From Myxococcota bacterium (lineage in GTDB: Bacteria; Myxococcota_A; SURF-8), in contig OZ223209.1 in the NCBI GenBank assembly GCA_965140415.1, forward strand, positions 864,001 through 928,000: a DNA stretch of 64,000 nucleotides, in the 5' to 3' direction. Under the pieces are notes generated by a model, which worked only from the letters and a program-made list of their open reading frames with translations, had not been told where the DNA came from and did no database searches. Positions 46,901 through 54,253 of the stretch are shown here, one piece after another. The translations under genes were made by a program, and so were the position numbers. Each line of letters begins with the position of its first letter. The stretch's first letter is position 1.

Positions 46901-46934
46901 CCAGCATGAACCATCGATTGATAGAGCTTTTCAT
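37923..46934 (-). CDS. Giant (~3003 aa) surface lipoprotein: 6 Ig-like (ASH/choice-of-anchor D-like) domains, 25 Cys/Asp-rich 57-aa repeats, beta-helix-like and Gly-rich C-terminus
   Basis: ATG 46934 gives MKSSINRW..LLSAC lipobox; LDFG..V..L.I.N.G domains; CNGxDDDC repeats; GGGGGGG-rich end. Confidence 0.88.
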   Translation of the reverse strand: MKSSINRWFMLVLAVMLAIGLLSACADDSGVADTDGDTDTDQESGGTGCLLDLDCPSDSVCHQGNCIPSDQNPCSEGEECSRDTDCPVGEACGDDCTCSGTDGDVPDGDGGGDDDGTVDGDKPVGDCELGPEILAEQILDFGYVPYNTEVVRTVNISNLCEGRTLTVTSMEIVSTSTEFSLIQPPDFPAMITGIAESIQVDISYKPLDAGPDEAELVISSDDPDGPFRVQLRSQYKGTADIDANPNPLDFHNVVVGDPAAERTLILKNLPGGENDNAVLRINGLYLESESSEVFAVNASTLPLRIGQGQELEITVLCHPPQMGEFSDRLIVESNDIDESTYVVELSCTGVAPVLKVETLQAQNTLNFGEQRAGVPVTIELTLSNSGGGMLIVQPPEMVDTSSEAFSLDLTAFANGEIALEAGQHAALPVTFNTMTVGEHSGQIRIDNNTFGSQNFIVNLRGEAVPSSLLADPEALQFPETRVSQQVTRTLTLTNTGSLPVTLVTIGFAETSDVFSFDETDVLENVVLESEGTHELHVTFAPLARQNYSALIHIVTDDLVTVSQDIAVGGLGIAPVLVVTERDNPDFVDQIDFGEVGLNSTEERVLDLANQGDAVLTIQSLQITTNSTLEEFSFEDTGSIQIAAGGHVGVTLRYSPITYPGEDIGGFLITGDDPFSPQVAIGLFGIGTDQRLSVAPVSPLEFPDTHFAAQNVQRIRLRNSGILGVLVVDSLEVLPGFYSDVFVILPPEQGLPFELYPGEANTLAVDIAFLPVVPEGESSEEPFDFNATVQITSNSYLSTTSDYELAGRGVPCPEGWWDLDDDPSDCEYPCDISNYGVEICDDLDNDCNGETDDGANVTSNCTPPDYALAICPYGFCDFECLQGYHRCGEQCYPDDDPMHCGSGCLECQDDGNTCTFNVCEQGMCGHQIEENQCLIDHDCYEYRDSNPDNVCRICLPFFDPTSWSDIEDGALCDDGLFCTVDDACSAGDCTDTQPRDCSEAIVEPQCQVPDCDEEHDSCIALPANVGEGCDDGDPCTDNDRCGEDGACVGDPLEWIGQPCDGNDADLCEEGVFTCELGEQICTDISSDTPDLCNGEDDDCNPDTPDGTHESWLSTACDGTDTDLCEEGQYICQDGSQVCTDTSENNLDLCNGEDDDCNPLTADGSGESWLQTACDGTDTDLCEEGLYICQGGNQVCTDTTDNTRDICDGQDNDCNPDTPDGSDESWYGTDCDGEDSDNCKEGIYSCIDAQQSCSDNTGDNLELCDGVDNDCNVFTLDGRDEDWYGNECDGEDADLCAEGIFLCSESAQICSDNTTDNLEYCDGQDNDCNPNTADGADAVWLGDPCDGEDADLCEEGVFQCVNGDKTCDDTTSNNLELCNGEDDDCNPFTADGNDEEWLGNACDGEDTDLCEEGIFQCVDAAQSCSDTTGNLLDLCDGEDNDCNPATIDGQHEAWYDTPCDGPDSDLCNEGNFTCQDSVKTCNDASDDTPDLCNGQDDDCNPYTPDGADESWLGDACDGEDSDLCEEGFLRCVDGGQSCSDTTGANLELCDGLDNDCNPATADGADATWLGDACDGNDADLCQEGVYVCSGAAKTCNDESGDTPDLCNGQDDDCNPITPDGAHESWLGTACDGSDSDLCEEGFFQCVDGGQSCSDTSGENPELCDGLDNDCNPATADGADATWLGDLCDGNDSDLCEEGVYICSGAAKTCNDNSADTLDLCNGQDDDCNPATSDGADEAWFGTACDGNDADLCEDGSYQCISGGQQCVDDPGFGAELCNGVDDDCNPATPDGADETWLGTACDGNDADLCLEGVFECAFGSKTCSDTSGDNLELCNGNDDDCNPATLDGRDESWFGDSCDGPDTDLCEEGSYTCTDSVKTCTDATSNNVESCNGVDDDCNPATADGADATWLGTTCDGVDTDLCKEGEYICQDGNQTCNDTTADNVELCNGTDDDCNPATADGSQESWLNDVCDGPDDDLCEEGVYVCSGGSQTCTDTSTSSLELCDGLDNDCNPATPDGADASWLGTACDGADSDLCKEGSYICNNGSQTCNDTTGDTLDLCNGSDDDCNPATADGADASWLGDPCDGPDSDLCQEGGFICSGGSKTCGDNTGDSLDLCNGVDDDCNPATADGTDATWLGDPCDGPDTDLCQEGSFICDGGSKTCNDATGNTLDLCNGADDDCNPATADGADASWLGDTCDGSDTDLCHEGVYTCSGGSQSCSDTSGNNAEICNGVDDDCNPATADGTDASWLGDPCDGADSDLCKEGTYSCTNGNQSCSDTSGNDLELCNGNDDDCNPATADGADESWLGDACDGTDSDFCAEGNFYCSSGSKLCSDTSGNNVEICNGIDDDCDPSSADGADESWLGNSCDGPDSDLCTEGISVCSGGNQTCTDTTGNNLELCNGVNDDCNGATPDGSDESWYNTACDGPDSDLCMEGVNLCQSSHQVCTDSTGSTTETCNGSDDDCDGYTDEDDAGNPLTADCYTGPSGTEDVGICHGGMKTCSGGSYGSCVGQQTPQSTDAPDSSGIDSNCDGVDGVKATSIFVATPANGGSDSNSGAFGDPVATIAHAITLANSCSPKCDVLISSGTYTASVTLVAGVDLFGGYDPSTWARNLSIQTVIVGSTTRAVIANGLSSDTKLQGLTIRGKNYSSSGTATYALWVNNTLSERLLVDNCLIQAGNGGRGVDGSSGSTGATGSNGGNGSGGSGGSRGTVNCSPYGSANGGTGGGSWDCGSGGGGTGSAGTDTASGGGGGSAGSNKCSGCDDTGGNGGGGGAGYAGATGSRGSTSSDSDGYFSSGYWYGATSSSGYRGKNGTGGGGGGGGGTDIDPWYCVFWSGTQIGGGGGGGGAGGCGGLPGTGGGQGGGSFGIVLIGSTIRVTNTDIELGDGGNGGSGGAGGNGGVGKGGGAGYNPSGDEAGTGGGGNSGGDGGGAGGSAGGCGGPSIGTALVSSSSIATINVSYSGGSGGSGGAGGAGGRTGGDGSQATSGQTGCTGYKSNVRTY
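39504..43778 (-). repeat. Intragenic tandem array, 25 x 171 bp
   Basis: First Trp codon ends at 43778 and the 25th at 39674, exactly 24 x 171 apart; unit WxGxxCDGxDxDLCxEGxxxCxxGxxxCxDxxxxxxxLCNGxDDDCNPxTxDGxxxx. Confidence 0.95.
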
Positions 46935-47197
46935 GGGATATCCCTTTTTATTGCAGTGGCAATGATGGAACGGCGCAACCGCCCGAAGCACCCCACCCGG
47001 GCCGCTTGCCGATCCAACCTTCATGACCGTTTCGTTTGTACTAATTTCTAACTCACACTTCCTATTATGTTGTGCCAACTAGCCTTTTGTCAACTTGAAC
47101 TGAAGGATTCGTATATTTCAATCAATTTGACTTTTTTCACTAGCTCGGCTATGAGCGAATGAGGATTAAATCAGATATGTATTATGAGGAGCGATTC

Positions 47198-47746
47198 ATG
47201 ATTGAAGCGAAAACCATCAATCTGCGTAACATCGAAGAGGGAGATATCGATCTGCTGCTTGGTGCTTTCCGTGCCATCCAGAAAGTCGGTGACTATTGGC
47301 CGATCAATCTCAAGTCCAAAATCAAATTCAAAGAAGATTTCGAAAAGTCCGGTTTTTGGGATGAGAAGATGGGATCGCTGCTTGTGGAAGACAAGCAGGG
47401 GGGACCGTTGGGAGTGATTACCTATTTCGAAATCGCTAACTTCATAGCCGGATACGAAATCGGTGGTTTCATGTTCGATCCTGAAAAGCGCGGCCAGGGC
47501 GTTATGACCGAAGCGCTCAAGGTTTTCTGCGCCTATCTATTTGAATTGAAACCGATTCCTCGTATTCAGGTCGGACTGATTCAAGGTAACCAGGCAACGC
47601 TTCGTGTAGCGGAGAAATGCGGATTTACCCACGAAGGCACCTTGCGAAACGGTTGCTTCCATCGTGGAGAATATAGAAATCTGGAGCAATATTCACTGCT
47701 TCGCGAAGAATGCCCCTCGCTCAAGCAAACCTTGGCGGATCTGTAA
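47198..47746 (+). CDS. GNAT N-acetyltransferase, RimJ/RimL type
   Basis: EIGG....EKRGQGVMTEA, N.A..RVAEKCGF..EG.LR; ATG 47198 after GAGGAG. Confidence 0.88.
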   Translation: MIEAKTINLRNIEEGDIDLLLGAFRAIQKVGDYWPINLKSKIKFKEDFEKSGFWDEKMGSLLVEDKQGGPLGVITYFEIANFIAGYEIGGFMFDPEKRGQGVMTEALKVFCAYLFELKPIPRIQVGLIQGNQATLRVAEKCGFTHEGTLRNGCFHRGEYRNLEQYSLLREECPSLKQTLADL

Positions 47747-47760
47747 GCCAAATCTGTCGA

Positions 47761-50502
47761 TCAATCGCAGACCGGCACTAGCGAGACCGTATCCAGCGCG
47801 ATATTGTAAGCGTTGGATACGGAATTCTTGCTCATCACTTTCACGATCACGCGATGGGTTCCGGCTTTCAAGTTTTGGTTAGGATAAACCGCCATCAACG
47901 CTTCGGAACCCGTTCCACGATACAAATCGATGGGATCTCGGCCATAGGTTTCTTCTTCCAAAGCGCGATTCAATGGGCTGTCCATGAAGACCCGCACCAT
48001 TGCGGAATTGGCCTGCTGATGGAATCCCAGTTGCAATTCACCAGTGAAATCATGCTCCAACTGCAAGGTAAGCACCAACTGGTCACCCACTTCAAATCCA
48101 TGACCTAGCAGCAGTGAATCATCCGACGAGCCCGATACGTCGATCATTTCCTGATCCTGCGGCGGCAGGCAAAGATCGTGATTTACAACCTCTTCCGCCT
48201 CCCATTCCATGCCGCTATCCAGGCAATCCACTACAGGTGGAGCCGTTTCGCAGGCATCGCCAGGGAAGCTACCGTCGTCGTTGGCCTGATCGGCATTGGG
48301 TGTGTTGATGCAGTTGTCCGTGCAATAAAAGACCTGTCCCGGCAGACAGTAGGCGCTGCCAAGATCGGAAATCCCGTCGCGGTCACGGTCGAACTGGGGA
48401 GACGCGCACCGGAAGCCCAGATCTTCGGCGCTGTTCATCTGCACGACGCTGCGGCGGAAACCGGAGAGGATCGGCCTTGGACCATCCTGATACGAGCCGC
48501 CGCGTATCATGCGCACACCGCCCGAGCGTGTCAGCGGATTGGTGGCGTCGGTGGAATCGTAGGCGGCGTAAGCATCGAAAACCCATTCGGCGACATTTCC
48601 GGCCAGATCGAACACCCCGAAATAGCTGCGGCCATCCTTGGTCTGGTTCGAGCCGTCGTAGCTCCCCACCGGCATCGGATGCGACTTGCAGGGATCGTCG
48701 TCTACGCCATCGCCGTTCTGGTCGCCATAGTTTGTTAACTTGCAGGAAGGTGCATCATCGCCCCAGGGATAATCACGCCCATCCGGGTTGCTGTTGGGGC
48801 CGCGCGCGCCATATTCCCATTCCGCTTCGCTTAGCAGGCGCTTGCCGGTATATCGGCAATAGGCTTCCGCCGCCGACCAACAGATCTGAGTGACCGGCCA
48901 GAGTTCATGACCCACTTCGGGCACGGCGCCGAATTCGCCATAGGTCGTACCACAGGCGTTGTCGGTATGATTTTTCCATTGCGGCAGCGCCGTTACGAAA
49001 CTGTAATAGTCCTGCTCCGTAACTTCGGTGCGATCCACCCAGTAACCTTGGTTTAGAAGCGTGTTGTGAGTCGGGCGGGCGTTATCGCAACTCATTGCCT
49101 CGCAGCTTTCCTGGGACAGTCCCTGGAGGAAGCTGTTGGGTCGGATGTACACCATTTCACTCGTGCTGTTGCCGTTGCCCATGACGTTGGTTGCACAGAA
49201 ACCGAGTTCATCTAAGGGCCAGTCCATACAGTCCGGGTTCACCCCGCGACAGTAGCCACCTTTGCATTGATCGCTTTGCGTACCGGGTAGACCGTCGTTG
49301 CAACTCATTCCATCCTGCACCGGAGAATAGGTACAGGCATGTTGTTCCTGGCTCCATTGGTCCAGGGTGCATACGTTGTCGTCATTACAGACCGGAAGAA
49401 CGTCATCCTCGACTTCATCTCCGTCGATGAGCTCATCCGCATCGCCGTCGCCATCACCGTCGAAATCGCCATCGGGCGACTCCCACAAGCCCATCAACAC
49501 GCTTTCCAGATGTTCCAGAACCAAAACCAGTTCGGCATCGTTGGGACAGATGAAATCGATTAAGCGATCCGTTTCGAAGTCCGTAATATCCTGACCGAAG
49601 AAATACAGGTGGCCGCTCCATCCGTCGCTACAGGGACGCCCGTTGAAGCAGTAATCCAATGACTGCAAATGTCCGACGAGGTAATTCACCAGACTGTCGG
49701 CCTGATCTGTGGACAATACTCCCTGCTGCTGCTCCGTGCCACTATTCGGTGTTGTAAGTTGCATCCAGTAACTACGATCCGGGTCAAGGCGGAAGACCAG
49801 TTCGTTTTCCAGCGGGTTGTTCCGGCGATAGTCGAGCCTGGGCATTTGTTCGTAATCGCCCGGACCGCTGCATTCGCCTTCCCAGTCCAGATCGTCATCC
49901 AAATCGCCGTCTACGGTTGATTCATCCGAATCGCCGGGCAACTCATCGCCATCGGCCTGCATGAAGTGTACGATGTACTGATCCAGCCACAGATGCAGAT
50001 CATCCAGCAGCAACAACAGGCGATCATCAGCGCTGCAACGCCAGCTAAGCTCCGCTTCCGGTGTTCCTCTGAAAATCAGCGAACCGGCCAGACAAGCCCC
50101 CGTATCCACTTCATAATCGCCGGTCAGTTGTGGTAGATGTTCTCCCAGCAGTTCCCGCAGAGCCTGAATCGCTGCCGGTCCCAGTTCACCTTGCTTTTGT
50201 TCGGTGCGCACCGTCATACCGGTGAAATTATAATCTGCCCGGTAGGTTCCATCGGCTTGCAAATTGAGATCCAGACCCAGTTTTTCCGGAATGGTTGTGG
50301 AGAGTTCAACCAGCGCTTCCGTTGCGGCATCCGCAGAATCATTATCACCATCGGGAATGTAAATATCACCGTCCGAGATCTGTGTGTCACTGTCCCCGAT
50401 ATGGTATACGTTCGTTCCGGAATTGCAGGCGTATGATGCCGCCAGCACCATCATCAGGAAAAAACCGGATGCTATCGTTTTAGCCAGGACTTCATTTTGC
50501 AT
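47761..50502 (-). CDS. Multidomain lipoprotein with FGE-sulfatase (SUMF1)-fold domain and TSP3-like repeats
   Basis: Lipobox SYAC; DRTEVT..Y; P.TQI.W..A..YC..GKRL..EAEWEY.ARG; YPWG; DLAGNVAEW; RGGS; GFRC; then DRDRDG..DNC..PNADQ..GDAC. Confidence 0.85.
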   Translation of the reverse strand: MQNEVLAKTIASGFFLMMVLAASYACNSGTNVYHIGDSDTQISDGDIYIPDGDNDSADAATEALVELSTTIPEKLGLDLNLQADGTYRADYNFTGMTVRTEQKQGELGPAAIQALRELLGEHLPQLTGDYEVDTGACLAGSLIFRGTPEAELSWRCSADDRLLLLLDDLHLWLDQYIVHFMQADGDELPGDSDESTVDGDLDDDLDWEGECSGPGDYEQMPRLDYRRNNPLENELVFRLDPDRSYWMQLTTPNSGTEQQQGVLSTDQADSLVNYLVGHLQSLDYCFNGRPCSDGWSGHLYFFGQDITDFETDRLIDFICPNDAELVLVLEHLESVLMGLWESPDGDFDGDGDGDADELIDGDEVEDDVLPVCNDDNVCTLDQWSQEQHACTYSPVQDGMSCNDGLPGTQSDQCKGGYCRGVNPDCMDWPLDELGFCATNVMGNGNSTSEMVYIRPNSFLQGLSQESCEAMSCDNARPTHNTLLNQGYWVDRTEVTEQDYYSFVTALPQWKNHTDNACGTTYGEFGAVPEVGHELWPVTQICWSAAEAYCRYTGKRLLSEAEWEYGARGPNSNPDGRDYPWGDDAPSCKLTNYGDQNGDGVDDDPCKSHPMPVGSYDGSNQTKDGRSYFGVFDLAGNVAEWVFDAYAAYDSTDATNPLTRSGGVRMIRGGSYQDGPRPILSGFRRSVVQMNSAEDLGFRCASPQFDRDRDGISDLGSAYCLPGQVFYCTDNCINTPNADQANDDGSFPGDACETAPPVVDCLDSGMEWEAEEVVNHDLCLPPQDQEMIDVSGSSDDSLLLGHGFEVGDQLVLTLQLEHDFTGELQLGFHQQANSAMVRVFMDSPLNRALEEETYGRDPIDLYRGTGSEALMAVYPNQNLKAGTHRVIVKVMSKNSVSNAYNIALDTVSLVPVCD

Positions 50503-50634
50503 GTCGCACTCCCTGTGCATGATTGTCCGATACGACATTTTACCATTTCCCCGCAACGAAGTGAAACTATTACAGAGAATCCCTCGCCATAGGGTACATC
50601 ACAAGATAGTGCATTGATTCTTTAGGTTTACCAG

Positions 50635-50727
50635 CGCTCATCCCGAGTGTCGTCCGAAGGGCGGAGTATCGAGGGATTTTCGCTATGGTTCGATAGAATT
50701 GGTTTTGCCAATCACTCACCATGAGCG
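50635..50727. repeat. REP-like inverted doublet
   Basis: CGCTCATCCCGAGTG..TCGAGGG ... TGGTTCGATA..CACTCACCATGAGCG; terminal CGCTCAT/ATGAGCG inverted repeat. Confidence 0.6.
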
Positions 50728-50733
50728 GGATCC

Positions 50734-52947
50734 TTGAAAATCGCAATCATTTGTGATGCACCCTGCCAGGCTCCCACATCTGAAATTGACTTTACGTTTC
50801 AAGGGCTTTCGGATACAGTAAGCGCTGTTGCAACAAGGAATGACGTAGTTATGCGCAGAGATTTGAACGATTTCGACACGTTTTCGGCTTTTATTGCGGA
50901 TTTAATCCGTGAACGAAGTCCGTTGGAATCCGTGCGCGTTTCTCCCCAGGCAGACGGATCGTTGCGCTTCGATATCCAGGTGAAATCTCTCGATTTCACT
51001 TTCTTCTGGAGTGAAGATTCTCCGATCACAGGAATCTGCAACCCGTTAAGAGACGGCTATCTCTGCTGCAACGCAGAGCCGAACGAGTCCGATTTGCTTC
51101 GCAAAGCCTGGACCGTTAAATTGACAGCCTTTCTTTCGGAAAAAATCAACCGCTTGCTCGATGGCGAACCGCCCGCCCTGCTGCAATGGCGAAACCGACA
51201 TCATCAAACGATTTCCTGGGGAATCCGACTTTTTCCGTGGTTGTTTTCCGGGTTGATCAAGAAGGGGCGCACCCGCTTCGGGGAATATACCCTGATTGAC
51301 CTCAATGAGTATGAAGGATACCTGAATCTTGTTTTCGAATCGAGACAAGCTCGGGTAGCATTTCGGCTTTCACCAAAAGGAACGGTCAAAGGAAAACCGG
51401 TGTGCTCGCGTGGTCCGCTTGAATTGCATATCATGGAGGATACACGCAGTCATAATGATCTATTGGAGCCTTTCCATGCGATTGAGCAATTCATGGGGTA
51501 CGTACTGGCTCGCTGCCTGCCGAAATCCTTTAGTCTGATCTTCGAAGGCAACGATGTACCTGCCGGGTTGCGGTCACCGGAAGTTCAACTCAATTTTCTC
51601 AATACGGAGCCGCCGGTCGGTTCCTCCATTTATGAAACGATTTTCACTACTTCACCGGATATCGTGACCATTTCGGCCTGCGATCATGAATGCTTCAATA
51701 TGTTTTCTTTTATCGCCGCGCCGCGTGAAAGTTGGCTGACGGTCATGCCTTGGTCGCTTAAACCGCGACTGGATTTCGTCGATCATGGACACAACGTGCT
51801 GCTCTCGAATCGAAGCATTATCATGGGCTCCGATGAAGTGGAGCATTCCCTGGCGCAATTGGACCACCTGAATCCATCGCCGGAAATGGCGATTTTCGTT
51901 GAATCCTGTATTCCGCGTATGATCGGTCTGGACCTGGAAGGTCCGGTCAATCGTTTTCAGAGGAAAAACACCGTTCCTCTCATTCCGTACAAGGTAACGC
52001 TTTCTGAAAAGCAGTATCTGGACACGTTCAGAGAGTTTTGGGTGCATTGCTACGAACAAATGGCCGATAAAGCCGCCGCACCGGAGTCGGATGTTGTCTC
52101 CCTGTTTGGAATCACAGACGATACAGGCGATTTGGTGTATCAACTGCTTGAACAAAACGGCGTTCGCTGCCAATCGAATCTGTTCCCGCTGCTCGACGTT
52201 CCCTCCCTTCGGAATCTACCGAAAAGCTCTCTGCTTGTGGTGAATGAATGGGAGTACATCGAGGTTCTGTTTTCCGATCTGATACAAAAACTGAATCGCC
52301 CGGTGTTGCGCCTGCCACTGCCATACGGTATTGAAGGTTCACTTTTATTCGTGCGCGAAATCGTGAAAAGGCTGCATGATCGGGATCTCATGTCGCTGGA
52401 TCAAAACGAGCAACTGTTGCAATACCAACAGGAGTTTCAAAAGGAGAAGGAGCGTATCGAAGGCGAGCGGGTAGCCATCATTCTGAAAATGGAGGATTTA
52501 CCCGAGCAACTGCTGCCCGGGCGTCGCTTCGGTCTGCCGTTTATCGATTTGCTTCACGAACTTGGTTTGGCAGTCGATTGTCTGGTGTATGTGCCTGATG
52601 CGACTTCAAGCGACCTCGTAGAGCCTTGTAGGGCAGCAGGGTTGAAGTTGGAAAACGGGGATCGTTGCACTGTGTTTCGCCGTTACGACGACCTGACGGA
52701 ACTGCTTCACGACGGTGAATTCAAGCTGGTATACAGTGAGGCGTTTCGGGATCGCAGGATCACGAGTGCAGGGAAGTTTCCAATCAATCTGAAGGCGTTC
52801 CAACCCGGATTCTCGGGAGCCGTAGCGACAGCCAGGCGCATTGCCAAAGCGCTTGAAATGAACTTCTACAAAAATCACGGTTATCGTCTGACTTCGCCGG
52901 TCGCCCATCTGCGTCCATCTGAAAAGGAGGAGCGCAATGGAGAATAA
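50734..52947 (+). CDS. Nitrogenase component-1-like (NifD/E-fold) oxidoreductase subunit with long unknown N-terminal extension (alternative start ATG 50851)
   Basis: IIMGSDEV, ESCIPRMIGLDL (cf. NifD ECPxGLIGDD), LPLPYGIEGS, C-terminal FQPGFSGA; overlaps the next gene. Confidence 0.72.
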   Translation: MKIAIICDAPCQAPTSEIDFTFQGLSDTVSAVATRNDVVMRRDLNDFDTFSAFIADLIRERSPLESVRVSPQADGSLRFDIQVKSLDFTFFWSEDSPITGICNPLRDGYLCCNAEPNESDLLRKAWTVKLTAFLSEKINRLLDGEPPALLQWRNRHHQTISWGIRLFPWLFSGLIKKGRTRFGEYTLIDLNEYEGYLNLVFESRQARVAFRLSPKGTVKGKPVCSRGPLELHIMEDTRSHNDLLEPFHAIEQFMGYVLARCLPKSFSLIFEGNDVPAGLRSPEVQLNFLNTEPPVGSSIYETIFTTSPDIVTISACDHECFNMFSFIAAPRESWLTVMPWSLKPRLDFVDHGHNVLLSNRSIIMGSDEVEHSLAQLDHLNPSPEMAIFVESCIPRMIGLDLEGPVNRFQRKNTVPLIPYKVTLSEKQYLDTFREFWVHCYEQMADKAAAPESDVVSLFGITDDTGDLVYQLLEQNGVRCQSNLFPLLDVPSLRNLPKSSLLVVNEWEYIEVLFSDLIQKLNRPVLRLPLPYGIEGSLLFVREIVKRLHDRDLMSLDQNEQLLQYQQEFQKEKERIEGERVAIILKMEDLPEQLLPGRRFGLPFIDLLHELGLAVDCLVYVPDATSSDLVEPCRAAGLKLENGDRCTVFRRYDDLTELLHDGEFKLVYSEAFRDRRITSAGKFPINLKAFQPGFSGAVATARRIAKALEMNFYKNHGYRLTSPVAHLRPSEKEERNGE

Positions 52948-54253
52948 CAACCGCAAAAATCCTTTGGGAACGCCGATTAACATCGTTGCTCCCTACGTCG
53001 ATGGCGCATACCTGGCTACCAATGCGATATCGGATGCCTACCTGATCTATCATGCTCACGATTGCGGCTATTTCAAAGCGGAAAAAATTGTCGGGCACCA
53101 TGATCTGTTCTCGGATCTATTGAGATACGAGCGGATAGGGAGGGTAGTGCGCAGTAATATCGGCTCGAAGGAATTCGTGTTGGGCGGAGAGGACAGGCTC
53201 TCGCGCCGCATACGGCAAATCACCGAAACTTATCGCTGTGAAGTGCTGTTCGTAGTCAGTTCAAACGTCTCGATTCTTGCCGGCGAAGACCTGCGTCCGC
53301 ATCTGGTTGAGATGGAAGGGAAAACCGGCGTACCGATTGTCACTCTGCCTGAGCGTCACGTTTACAAGGATTACCTGACCGGCTACCTGGATACTGTCAA
53401 GGCGCTGCTTGAACGGGTGCAGTTCAATTCAGACGAGGCGTCGCACGGCGTTGCGATTACAGGTTTTGTGTTCGAACGCAATGAAGCGGATACTGCGGCG
53501 GATATAGAAGAAATCAAATCGATGTTGGCCGCGATGGGCGTTGAAGTGTCGGCGGTGTTTTTGGATGGCGGAAGAGCGCAACGCTGGAAAGAACTTCCGC
53601 CACCGGAGGCGGTGATCGACATCGCTCACGGAGAGGGAGGCGGAGCCACGCTTGCCAATCGCTATGACATTCCCTGCCTGGAGATCGGGGCGCCAATCGG
53701 AATTGAAGGAACAAAGAAATGGCTTGAGGAAGTCGCGGCTTGGTTGAACGCAGAGGCCAAGGCGAAGTCCTATATCGAATGGCAACTGGAAGGGCTGGTC
53801 GATCAACTCGAATGGATCATTCCCCGGTATTTTCTGGGGCGAGGTGCAATTCTGTTTGCCGATCGTCTTAAAATGGTTGCGCTTGCAGATTTTCTTGAAG
53901 AGATTGGGCTGACTGTACTGGGAGCAGAATGCACGTCGCATGAATTCGAAGACGATGCGAAAAACCTTCTCGCCCAGCGCTATGGCAGGCTTCCCGTGAT
54001 GGCCATGGAACTACGCGAATATATTACCGATAACATGAAGAGGGACCGGTTGCATATCGGTCTGGGTACCAGTTTGTTCAACCAGAACGCTGCCGCGCAG
54101 GGACTGCCCTTCGTCGAGATCGGTTATCCTTCGAATTTCCACCATGCTCTTTATCCAAGACCTACATTCGGCTTTGGCGGAGTCCGGGTGCTTATTGAGC
54201 GAATGATCAACGCGATCAATGCCACCGAAATTTATTATGGGAGTAACCGATGA
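52937..54253 (+). CDS. Nitrogenase component-1-like (NifK/N-fold) subunit
   Basis: GA..A...I.DA....HAHDC, FVLGGEDRL, LAGEDL, PIGIEGTKKWL, IGYPS..HH..PRPTFGFGG...LIERMIN. Confidence 0.82.
   Translation: MENNNRKNPLGTPINIVAPYVDGAYLATNAISDAYLIYHAHDCGYFKAEKIVGHHDLFSDLLRYERIGRVVRSNIGSKEFVLGGEDRLSRRIRQITETYRCEVLFVVSSNVSILAGEDLRPHLVEMEGKTGVPIVTLPERHVYKDYLTGYLDTVKALLERVQFNSDEASHGVAITGFVFERNEADTAADIEEIKSMLAAMGVEVSAVFLDGGRAQRWKELPPPEAVIDIAHGEGGGATLANRYDIPCLEIGAPIGIEGTKKWLEEVAAWLNAEAKAKSYIEWQLEGLVDQLEWIIPRYFLGRGAILFADRLKMVALADFLEEIGLTVLGAECTSHEFEDDAKNLLAQRYGRLPVMAMELREYITDNMKRDRLHIGLGTSLFNQNAAAQGLPFVEIGYPSNFHHALYPRPTFGFGGVRVLIERMINAINATEIYYGSNR

Noticed and set aside
46935-47078. ORF-track upstream starts (47078, also 11943, 14520, 17375, 20791, 47159, 50556, 63620)
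   Set aside because: Downstream starts give a better RBS and put signal peptides or conserved N-termini at the start.
48400-49160. Diversity-generating retroelement target (FGE/C-lectin fold)
   Set aside because: No reverse transcriptase or template repeat seen, and the domain is internal.
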